A stretch of DNA of 64,000 bases from assembly GCA_036172245.1 (NCBI GenBank), contig JAYWIR010000017.1:1054001-1118000 (forward strand), read 5' to 3'. Under the pieces are notes generated by a model, which saw only the letters and a program-made list of their open reading frames with translations, was not told the origin of the DNA and searched no databases. Origin of the DNA: Raillietiella orientalis. Its lineage: Eukaryota. Numbering within the stretch: position 1 is the stretch's first letter; the number at the start of each line of letters is the position of its first letter. A program made the position numbers and the translations under genes. Below are positions 36,701 through 48,954 of this stretch, in pieces.

Positions 36701-39700
36701 CCTCCGTGAACCATAGGCATCCGTTCCACCATCTGTGGTGGTTATTTGCTTAGACGCATGTAATGCAATCTCGATTCGAAATCTGATGACCTGGTAGATC
36801 TGACTGAAACGGGCAACTTGTCGAAAATCGGGACGTACGCCGTTAATAGTGTTCCCTGTTGGAAAATGGATACCCTGCTTTTCTGTCATTTCAGTTGCCC
36901 CTCCCTCGTCACTCACATCATGCCAGCCCTAAGGAATTAAAATGCACGTGTTAAGAGGCAGAGACTTTCGTTTTCTCCAGCGGAGATTCATTTGTCAGCG
37001 ACAGCTGGTGGAGAGCATCTTAATCACATTCCACACAATAAACTCGGAGCGCTACCGCACAACCCCTTAGAACATTAGACCATTCGATAAGCAAGACTAC
37101 GAGAAGATAGCAGTGGAAGGAGGACTGTGAATCACAATAATCCTTCTTTTCTTTTTTAGTCCCTCGATCTCCAATTATGGGCCTTCAGATTGCTCCCCTT
37201 GGTTCCTGGAAGCAACCTGGAAGGTCAACTTCCAATCCTGACCACTCAGTGGGAGCCTCACTTTAAGATCGCTGCCTCTAACCAGACTGTTGACGCATCT
37301 ATCAAGGCAGTGCTACATGAGGGAGGGAGGGGGGAAATATGGCCATCGGTTTCTCTGGACAGGGACTACTGGCTGCTCCGTGGCCCCTAGCATCACGAAA
37401 ACCCTCATTAAAGAGTGAGTAAAGTTCCAGTATCTTTGTTGTTTGGAACAATTTTTGTTGATTGTTATTTGGAACTTGTAGAGAGATCCTTGCCCCCCTT
37501 AGTCAGCAATCCTACCATTCGGATGGAAACACGTGGATGTGAATATGGACATTGGGGACGCCCTCACCGACTAGAACGAAGAGCAAAAATTGAAACTCCC
37601 TCGTTCCCTGGCTGGCAGATTCTCTCCCCCCGAAGTGAAGTCTGCTGTACTGCTGTCACAAGTCGTTGCGTCGTCCCGCGTACATGCCGTTGCATTCCGA
37701 CGCATGTGCATCCCCCTCCGTGATTGACCTTGTGCTCCCGAGTCTCGTAGGCTGCTTGAAAGATGCTGGTCTTCCGGACATCCTCGTGGGGAATGCTTTG
37801 TGCACGCTTCGTAGTGTCTCCCGTATTAGGCAGCTCATTTTTCTAGCACCCCTACGTCCTGAACTTTCTTCTTCATGTTCCCCTTTTGAGTCAGCATATC
37901 CATTGTCATCTCCTGTGCACGCGGAGGATGACTTGAACGACAGTATCAGCTTCTGAGATCTGCGTGCTTCCGATAAATCATTTTCCGCACTCCAAGGCAA
38001 CCTTGCCCTACCCCTTCCCCCTACCACCACCACCTACATCGGGTAGCATGGGAACACGCACCCTGAGCTCTCTTAGGTTTGCTCGAAACAAAATCGTACT
38101 CTGGGATCGTGTAGTTTGTATCGATCAGAGTATCTGCATGCAAACTGGCATCTTCCTGCTTGATTTGGAGTGTCTTTTTTGGAAAGCCTCGTAGCCAAGA
38201 AGCCAAAGTCTTGATCAAACAAGGTGGCCAAGCAGTACAAAAGGACGGTCGCCGATTGCGTTGCTTCTGACAACAGACGCACCAAAGTTGCGAGCCCGAA
38301 CGATTGGCTCTTACGATAAACCTAACCATAAAGGGAACCTTGATTCCTGGAAGGATCCCAGAAAGTCAACTTCCAATCTCGGTCAGTCAATGGGGACAAC
38401 CGGTTTCCGGCGTCCGCTAGTGCCGCATCGGAGTCGGTACTGATGCTGCTGCACTGGGGTCTCCCGTGCAATGCCCGCCGACATCATTGGACCCGGGTGT
38501 GTGTAAACTCGAACTGTGCAAGGTGCAGGGAGTGGGTATCCTTCCCGCACCTCCTAGTAGACTGTATTGCCCTCCGACCCCTTTGGGGACTCTTTGCCAC
38601 GACCCTTGGAACCCCCGGCGGCATTGTAAAGCGACTCTTTCTGCGCGACGCCCTCACGTCGGCGGCATCCCTAGCAGCACTTTGCTGCCTACGCGGGATC
38701 GTGGCTGCGGGGAGCGACGCAAGAGGGCACAGCGACAGGGATGACATCTGTTTTGCCGTCCTCTTCATGAGGACAGCGTCAAGATGGCCCCATCTGGGAA
38801 CCATAAAACAGGAACTTGCCGGCATCCTTACAAGGATGCAGAGGACGCCCTCTAACACATAGTGATCCCTTCCCGAACCCCTCCATTTTTTTGATTGTGT
38901 TTTTTGTTTTATTTTTTTCCTTTTGTTTGTCTCCCCTTCCCCTGTGCTGCCGAGGCGAACCCTGCTTGCCTGTGTGCCAGATCCCGGCAGGTTCCTTTTC
39001 GTATCCATAAGTAACGTGGCAGGTTCAAACGTCCTGCCACAGACATGTAGGTTTTATAAATAAACTCCCCGGCCTGACCGGGTGTCAACCAGTGCCGCAT
39101 CTGAAGCCCATGAACCAACCAGCATCATCCTGTGGAGCCAGCTTGAAACCCACAACGTAATCCCCATTCTCGGAGTCGATCCTTTCCCCGGGTAGGATTC
39201 GAATCTGTGACGCTCGGTGCCACGAGCGGAGACCGCAGCCACACAGCCTCCATCGCGGGGCGTGTGGCTGTGTACATTGTGTCTTTGATCCTCAGCAAGG
39301 TAAAGGGAAGGAAGGGCTCGAAATATTCCAAAAGTGAAATGTGGTGGGGATTTTCTCTCGTCTGTAAACACAGCACAGCACGAGAGAAATGAAAGAGCAG
39401 AGGAAAAGGTCGTTTAACGGAAGAGCGCATCTTACGTGGCGAGGTATTGGAATGTTAATCCTTTAAGCAGTTCGACAACACGCGGAAAATGAATTGGATG
39501 ACAACGATTTTGTCTTTGCTTTGCCTTCGTTTGCTTTTCCAGTTTGTCTTGCAAAAAAAAGAAACATACTTCTCTGGGGAGCTTTCGCAGGAAAAATTAC
39601 CAGATTACGATTTTCAGAATGTGTGGTTCCAATATCACCCACATTCCTCCCTGATTGGATGCAGGTGAGGGGCCCAAGATTGCCTCTGAGTGCAGGAAAT

Positions 39701-42700
39701 GACTTCCGAAAGCACGCGAATCATCTCAGAAGTTGGCACCGTCGTGCGATGGTAATAAATATGCCGGATGATGTAACAGTGGTAAGCTGTGTACACTGAT
39801 GTAACGATAGCAATCGGAATTCTAAAAACATTCCAAACGTGCACAGGCAGTCTTCTCGCAATATGAATTACTTATGTTTTCTAACACTAAGCGAAGAATT
39901 TGTGGTTACCGAGCATTTCTCTGATATGATGCTCTCCCCTTGGTCGCGGCAGGGAGCCCTAAGTGCTCGTGGCAGTCTTGAAAAACTGGTCAAGAGAAAA
40001 GCTTCAGAGACCGGAGCGATCACATGAGATTCATCAAGTGAAACAGAAATGGTGGCTACTCCGTCTCCAGTCAACCAACAGTGTCGGAACCGAACGTTTG
40101 CAATCCATTCGGATCTGTGCTCTTATTGACGAAAGAATCGGATGCATTTCCCGAGCTCATGAGTGCTTGCGTTGAAGCAGGCTAACGTCTCCGGGTAGCT
40201 CAGGGACGTGTTTCCCCGACACGGCTTCCCAGACCCGACGGTCTCGCGAAGTGGTCCGCGGGGTCGCTGCAGGCTGCACCGACGACAAGGCAGCAAACTA
40301 CCAGGAAGATCATCTGCGAGTTCCTGACGGGTCGGCCGTTAATGACTGTTTGCCGCTAAATAACAAGGTGGTCGCGTGATGCCACTGTCTTTTCACCGAA
40401 CCCCGCCGTGGTCTGCCGAAAATTCAAAAGAGCCACGCCGTCTGGCCATGATCTACTGCGAAATGTAGAGGAGTAGTATTTTTCACTGTTTTTAAAATCA
40501 ACAGGAATGGTCCTGACTGTGCCTGGACCGCAAACAAACGGACGCCATAAACGGTGAAATCATGAGCTTCATAATTGCCTCTCGTTATCATTCAGTTTAA
40601 AAAATATGCCATTCTACGTAACGGAAGTGAGTTGTGGATGTTCTCCTCCAGGTCGGAAAGTTCCATTTAGAATTTTCGGTTCATCTCAAGAGTTTCGGTG
40701 GCGCTGACCGGGGATAAAAAATACTTTATTCTTTTTTCTTTTTAAAAAAGCATTTACAACGTTATGAACTTCGAGCTTTTCAACCCGGTGATGCAATCTT
40801 CCAGAATTTCTAACCTCTTTTTAGAGTCCCATGTTCGATTTGCGTTTTCTTCTCCATAAGCGAGAACCGCGAGAATCACTCCAGCAAGATTCGCGACTTT
40901 CCCTTCAGAAGGAATCGGGAGGAAACCGAAGCCAGTCGTTTCTGTAAGTTCGCGACTGCTGGGGGGGGAACTCCCACATCTCTCTTACCTTACGGAAAGC
41001 AGCAAAGAGGGCGAGCGTCCGCAGCCCGAGCTGCTGCCTCCTGGAGTCTTTCTGCAGAGCTCACTCTTCCTCGAAGGTCTCGGCGGACCTCTGACGGCGC
41101 GACGGGAACGGAGCTCCACCCCGAATTTATCGAAAGTTCCACCCATGAGTTTAGTTCGGAGGTAAGCAGCCCTCGACCTGCTGGTTCGCGGTGCTATTTC
41201 TATTCCTTCAGTCCTTTAGGCATCTGGAACGTCTCCTGCTCCGCCGCTGCGCACGGATGCGAAGGCAGCAGAGGGACGGGGAGGTCATAGAGCCCGCTGC
41301 TGGGTGCTTCTGGGAAGCCTCTCGCGTTCGGCGCTTTCGAGATGGAGGGGAGTTTTCGCATGAGGGTTTCTGTGCGTCGGCGCCGCCGATAGAACCAAAA
41401 TTCATGGCATGCTGAATGCAAGAAATCACGGCTCTTCGTTTGCGATCGCTGGAGCAGCAGTGAAAGGAATCGCTGAAGAGACGCACCGGCCAGATTGCCA
41501 CAGTCTGTCGCAGAGACCTGTCGCCTTCCTACATCGCTGTCCTTTATTCCTAGTCAACAACGTGACCTCCCTCCCTTTTCTTCTCAAAACAAATGAAGGA
41601 GCCATCAGCTGCGGTTGTTAAAAGCGAATGACGTTTTAATCACCACTTTTCATGCAGAAGTGGTGGAATAAAAAATGATCGTCGTTTGCGACAGTCTGTC
41701 CGCCTTGGCATCCTCTTGAGTTCGACGTCGCAGCTGCAGTCCTTTGTTTTGAATTTCAATTTAGGCAGCGGAACGTTCCCTCAGATTCGCTTCCTTGAAA
41801 GAAGGCTCCAGAGTAGGAAACGTCATATTTAAAATAAATGTAAATGAAGGGTTGGATTGTACCTCGGAAAGATCTGTGAGATGGATGCAAGTGCTGCTGT
41901 AATATCGAGCCAACTAGGTGTGAAAAGAAGAAAAAAAAAAAGCAAGACGCCGAGGAAGCAAGCGGGAAAACTTCCAAGACCCGGAGAATTGTTCGAAGGA
42001 CAAGCCATTCCAGTTGATCCATTCCCTGTCCGCTGCCTCTCACTTTACGGGTTCTTGTTCTCTACAGCTCTCTACACTCTTTTATTGGTGTCCAGATGGC
42101 ATTCTTTCTCTTTGTCATTTCAATTCTTCTGAATAGAAGTTTTGAAAACTTATACATTGCGGAATGCTTCCTCGCACTCTATGTATTATCCACATGCAGG
42201 ATTCTGCATCTTTCCTAAGCATTCTGACTACATCTCATTGTTTTTTTTCAAGCTATCCTTGAACCTACCTCAGCTTTGTCTTCAGACTTTGTTGCTCCAA
42301 CTCTTTCTTAAAAGCCACTCTATAGATGATCATCTCCGTGGAACAGATGCTATCAGTGAAGTCATGCATCTGACATGGATACAAGACTCTATCAAGTGTC
42401 TAGGAGACGTATCTGGAAAATTGCATCTTGCCAGAAACTCCCGCTCTGCTCTTCTGACTTCACATATGACATTCTAATCGATCCTTTGGGATTATATGTG
42501 AAACCATTGCACATTCCCCGTGTTCTTCTGAGTGATCAGGCCTCACTTCTTCTGAAAAGACATCATGGGAAATTGCATTCTTTAGTGTAATTATTGAAAT
42601 CCTTCGCTCACTTTCTCATCCACCGAATGACTTGCACCTGATGTTACACTCTTTAGGAAGCCAAATACTTTCTCTATTACTATGTTCACTTCTGGACACT

Positions 42701-45700
42701 GGTTCCTTCAAGAATTTCGTTTTGTCTTCTGTGGCGGCAGGATCCTTGCATTTCACTCTCTCACGCGAAGCATATTCTTTTAGCATTCTTGAAGTCCTCG
42801 TTCGAGGAAAGAACCTTTCTTTACTGAACATGATTTTCCGCTGTTCAGATCTCATTCATTCATTTCTCAAAAAGTTTTGCACCGAGAAGTGGCGAACAGA
42901 CGCTGCCAAGTGTACTTTAATCTGATTTCTTCTTGGGTTACGGCGCAGTCATCGTGTTTTTATGCAGGAAACTTTCAAACTTTCAAGACGAGACGCAAAG
43001 GCGAGAGATTCCTTCGCTGCAGCTAATGGTCATTTGTTTCTCGTATTCCGTTCAAAAACGCCAATCTGGTGGATATCTGAATGATGGGGTTCAAGATGGT
43101 TTAAGTTTTTTGCAAGGAAAATGGAGAAAAGATTCTTTCTCCAAATCTTTTCTTTCAGTAAGAACATGGACCCCCCAAAAAAAGAGTCGACGACGATTCG
43201 TGCGCGCACCGTTAGGTATCCGCAAAGTGACAAAAGAGTGTTTTCCGATTTCTGGGCACGGACACTGCCACGAAAAGTTAGAGAACACCAGAAAGCATTC
43301 TCCTTTCCTTCAGTGCTTCCCTCGTAAAATAGTTGGAAACTGCTGGGATTCTCCGCTGCTTTTGTCAGAACGAGACGGCAACCAATAGCTATGGTTCCAG
43401 AGCCCTCGATCGGTAGCACCAATGACTTTGGAATTGGCAATACTTATCTATCTTATCTATCTAGAGATAAGCCTACTAAATGCAAGTGATTCGTTCTCCT
43501 ACCGCGGGACGACTAACTGATTGCTAGTTTTTTTTACATCAATCTGATTCTCCCTTCATAAAGACGAACCACCAACTTCTGTTAATGGACTTCGAAGTCC
43601 TCACTGCTTTCTGGAATAATGATTCACGTTAAACAGTTAGCGCCTCCGCCTTCGCATGTCTCCTCGTCTCAGCTTTTGCCTTATCCCAAAAGAGAGAGAA
43701 CTCTGAGCTTTAAATCCTCTAAAATTAATTGATGGCCTTGGTAGTTTTCTCGAGGAGGCTGCATCGGATGTTCCTCCGCAAAACTAAACCTTTCGATTTA
43801 AGAAACGAAAAAACATCACTCAGAAGGAGACAGGCCACTTCAGAGATCTACAGCAATGAGAAATAAATGGAGATCACTAGGGTTCAATGTCATTTTTTTG
43901 TCTGGTTCGAGATAATTGGAAATTCATTCTTGCCTCGTCAACATTAGAAGCCATGACATTTTTGGAGAGGATGAGAGCTGATAAAATAAGGTGGACTGAC
44001 GTGAGATGAGTAGGCGCATGGTTGAGTAGCTTGCGTAGGAATCTGCAAAGTATACAGTGCAAAATAATTAGGAAGAAATTTCTGAATGTTCTTCCAATCG
44101 AGATCGGGAACACCAACATCAACTGAAGCCATCACTCAAAGTTTGACTGAGTATGCCTACGAAACTGGATCTTTCTGCTGACTGGTAACTCTGTCCCTCC
44201 TGCCCTCCACGAATCCAATACAAGCCATCAAGTGTTCCGATTCTTTGAGAACACATCTTGGAAGAAGCAAACTCTCTTTCTTGAAATGAGGATGCTATTT
44301 CTTTGATTACTTGGCATGTACATGTAAGCTGTTCCAATCCTCCTCGATGTTAGGATTCTTACATTTTATATATGTATATATATATATATATATATTCCGC
44401 TTTCCATTTTATAGCTTATCGATGCAAGAGTGTACAAAATCATTCGAGTGAAGATGTCTTCAAATGAAGTGCTTTCTTTTTACCACACTGGATGAGATCA
44501 AATGAGGAAAGTGAGACGCAGGTGGACGAAACAGTGCCCGGCCTAACCTGGTGCTGATAGAAGAAAATAATTACATTCGAAACCTCGAAACCCATGAATA
44601 AGAAGATGGTTGAGTAGCTCCCAGAAATGTCGGAAGCTGGATGTCTTTTTATTGACCTATCTGAACAGTCTAGAGTACGGAAACTCAGCACTTACGTATC
44701 GACAGTTGACGACTAGCTACAAACTGAGACCTAAGAAGTGGACCAGAAAGACCAGAAATCATCTTTAGACCAGAAATCATGAAGACTAAGCAGTAAAGGA
44801 AGCAGAATCAGAAAGCAGATATGCGAGGGAGATATTTCCGAATACTGGGGTACTTAAAGGGATGCAGCGCCTCATTTCCAAAGAGAGAATAGGGAGGAAA
44901 CACATGGCGTCTGGTCTCTAGTGTGGGGTGCAAATTGTTAGTAAAAGTGCAAATTTAAGAGAGAGAGGTACCAGTCGAGGAACTTTTCTAGAATAAAAGG
45001 AACTTTCGCCACAATTTGATGAGGACTGGTATCCTAGGTAATGCACCTTTTGTGCATCGCTGATGAACACTTAATTTTCACTCATATATCAAGGCGATTA
45101 TATCAGTTACACCTATCAAGCGGCTGGTGCCAAGGACCAGCGAATCCTCGAATGCACGAATCTTGAAGTAGCTATAGAAACGAGATCTCGTCGGAGTCCT
45201 CTGAGTGGCTCCATTGCGGTTTGAAGAGAAGAAGAAAAGTCAGCAAACGGGATTTCATCTTCGCTTCGGTTTCTCTTTCTCACTTGACGATTTCAGCTCA
45301 CCAAGACTCGCTTGAAAGTGAATCGAATTGTTCCCAGAATGTTTTCAAATTTCATTTCAGTTTTGCTTAAAATCTTCCATGAAAAATGGGACCAGATTCT
45401 GGTTTGCGCAGTTTAAGGAGATAAGCTTGAGGAGAACCAAAAGGTGGTATTATTATTGCCTAGGATCGAATATTTAAGAAACGGCAAAAATTAAAAATAA
45501 AAGATGTGTCTTGAGACGAGAAAAAATGAATAAAAATACCTTCCGGCAGCTACCAGCCACATTACGAACGGTTCCAGTTTGTTCCCCAAATTGGCTCGAC
45601 CTGATACCGATGCCAAAGCTCTGGCTAAGCTAATAGAAAAGAATTTGATCTTTGACCCGTGCGTCTTTTCTATCAACGGCTTCCATTTTAATGAGCCAAC

Positions 45701-48700
45701 CAAGTGCACGAAAGGTGTGCTCGTGGAAATACAACAATCTTTTCTCCAATGATAGACAGTAGGCTTTTAAATTTACAGCTCTTCCAGATGACTTATCATC
45801 ATCTATCGCATGAGTACTATCAAAGAAGCACTTGATCATTAAACACCTCTGCAATCGGAAACAACCGGGAAACAGTTGAGAAAACGACAGTCTTCACTCC
45901 ATCTAACAATTCTTATATAAAAAAGAAAAAGGCTGCCACTATTTACAAAACTGTCACTCTAAAAGTCGGAAGCCAGAAGAAACTCCGTCAAAGTTCGATT
46001 TCCAGGTAGTCACCAGCGTTCTATCAGGTGGTCAGTTCTCCAGTGAGCTCCGAGTCGAGAGTAATCCTTCAGTTCCTTCTTTCGTTGTCTTAAGATAATG
46101 CATAGACTCAACAAACCGATGGAATCTTAGCGATGCTTTCTCCCTCTCTCTCTCTCTCTCTTTTTTCCTTTTCTCAACAAGTTCTTCTGAGAATGATGAC
46201 ATTTTGTAAAAACCTCAGAAACATTTGCTTGTAGCTCATTCCTGAAGGATAGGACGTCTCTGTTCTGGTACCTGTCGTCCCCTCGCAACGCCTACAAAAT
46301 TAATAATCTAGTGATCATGAAAGCTCCTCAAAATGAGGTGTTTCTGCTTTCGCAAAAGGACTAGAAATCGAAACGGTTGCGGGGATGTCGAAAATGGGGG
46401 CGACTCGTAGCAGCTGTCTCTCTCGTGATGGGTCGTTCATCCAGCGTCTCAAGGATCGAAGCGAAGCACTGAGGATGCTGCGAGAATACAAGGAGCAGAT
46501 CGTGGTCACATTCCTCAAGAATCCGAAGCTAGAAAAGCTTAATTATTTTCTTCAAAGATTGGTAGACGGGAACAGGCGGATCAACTCTTTGACTGTGGAA
46601 GGAAAGTTTGGATACATTTTTCTGGAAACGGTTTCCGTGAAAAGACCAGAAATTTTCACTTTCTCAGAGGCTGACCGAGAAGCGCTGAGTCGAAACATCG
46701 AGAACTGAAGTTTGGGATATGCTCGTTAGCGCACCAGAGAAAACCTTGAGGAACGGGTGGTCAAACGAACAATGGTATAGTACTTGGAGTGATCGAAGTG
46801 AATGCTTCCTGACCAGGCAGCAGATCCCAAGCAAGACATGCCTTCCAAGAGAACAGTTATCACAGAACTGAATAGAATTTCTTGGAAATTCTAAACGTTC
46901 TCCAAATAGGGGACCTCGAAGATGAAAGGGAGTCGAAAGCTGTCGGACGCCGAAACATGTGGCGAACGCAGAGGCACAGTAGGTGGCTGCCTGCAGTGTG
47001 ACCAGCCATCCACGTGGGGAGTTCTACGAGTGAGCCTCGCAGCGGAGTCCCGGTGCACCTCGGAAGCAGTTCGCGGCACCTGCAGGCGTCTCTTCGCAAG
47101 GACCGTTTCGGAGCGGCTTGAATGTTTGCTTCAAACCCCCAACCCCCTTGCTCGCGCCTTCAGACCAGGGGAGATTTCTCAAGTGGTCCCCGTGCACTTC
47201 TTCGGCTCCACTCTCTCCTGCGGTCCCTTCGGTGCGAATCCCGAACGCGCACGTCGCAGATGCCGAAAGAACGTACGAAATGAACACGCGTGCTCTTTCT
47301 GCATAGATCAATATACACATCTGTTTTCATAGGCGCAATTATTCATATTTATTAAAGTACGAGTTATTAATAGCAATATTATTGGAACCGATATATTCAT
47401 TAAGTTTATTGCCATACGTTTTATTAATAAAAGTAATAAGTTATTGATTCTATCGTTGCTGTATGTATTTGAATTATAAAAAATAAATACGCATGCTCAT
47501 TATATACATCAATATTTATAGATAGTATAAATATGTACATAAATACAAATGCTTACACACACATATATATAAGCATATTTCAATGAGTATAACAAGCATA
47601 TATATTTATTTTTTATGATCTTTCAAATATATACAGCAACGATAGAATCAACAAGTTATTAATTTTATTAATAAAGTGTATGCCACTGAATTTTTCTGCA
47701 TATGTGTTCCAATCATATTGCTCTTAATAACACGTACGCTAATACGTATGAATAACTACGCATATAAAAATAGATTTGTATAGATCTATGCAGAACGAGT
47801 ACCCGTGTTTGCTTTTCGTGCCTTTTGGGATTTTCGACCAGACTCGATCCCTTCTTCCACCCAGATAAACCTCGCCCCAAAAATCATCCAGAACACCTCA
47901 GGCGTCTCCCATCTTTGAAACTCGAACATCTCGCTTGGAGCCCGCCTAACAGTCTAACTGACAACAGGGATCTTCATTTGTAAGCAACTACGTCCGGCTG
48001 CGTCCAAGAAGCTTCCCCATCTGTCATCAGGCGCATGCATCACACCAGCAGCTCCTGGCTCCTACGTTATGCCCACGCCGAAACTGCCTCCCTATTTTTC
48101 TTAGCGGCCTCCCTCCCACATTCTCCGCGCATCATGTGCTGTTCCTCGTAGAGAAGTCCTGCTCGTGATTTCGCAGCCTCCTAGAGAGAAGAAGCTCGTT
48201 CCTGGTACCCGCTTTTATCCCGAGGGATGATGCTGCGGAGTGCGCCGCCAAGCCATCGCTCATTTCTTTCCTCAGCATCCTCCCGCTGGCCCACGGTGGT
48301 CCACGAAGCACACTCAGCTTTTTTTCTTCTACTTGGTCTTTCGGATGCTTGTGATCGCCGTCAGAGCACCACGTCTTTAATTCCTCTACGCCAAAAGTGC
48401 CACCGACTCCATGGAAACCAAGAGAAGCCTAGGTGTCGCACCCCTCCCGTTCGTCCTCCACAGTGGGGAGCCCAGAGGACCTGCCGCACCGTTTGTCTCT
48501 CTTCAAGATTCACCTCGGCCCCTTCCTCATTCTTCTCAGAAGTTTCTTCACCACAAACTCCCCTGTACCGCTCAGTAGCCAACCAGAATGACGCTTCCGT
48601 CTCATCTATGTCATTCTTCGACCTATTGACAATAAATTAAGAGTCGTTGCCATCATCATGATGCTTCCCACAATTCTCGCCTCCTGTTCTCGTCCAGATA

Positions 48701-48914
48701 CTGCCCTCTCTCCCCCCCCCCCCTCAAAAAAAACTTTCTCTTTTCATTCCCGTTATCCTCTGTTCTTGCACGGCTAGGGACCCGAACTTCTAAGCTTCCA
48801 CCCTATTAGGCGAATGGTATCGCTACTGTACTTCGCATCCTGTTTCCTAGACACCGACTTTAACCAGTGACCTTAACAGTGTATACAAAAGTATAGACTG
48901 CGTTAATCGACAGA

Positions 48915-48954
<40 letters not shown>

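Noticed and set aside
42100..42900. Minus-strand gag-like coiled-coil coding region
   Set aside because: Multiple stops and no diagnostic motif; not supportable beyond a guess.
44119..44337. Fibrinogen/intelectin-like domain (DGLYWIRG..YQ)
   Set aside because: No following CDM..GGGWT motif; adjacent text looks more like a decayed LINE C-terminus.
48918..48949. Poly(T) run as a retrocopy tail; also (TA)n near 9625 and 44370 and (AAT)n near 13012
   Set aside because: Simple repeats with no associated TSD or element body identified.
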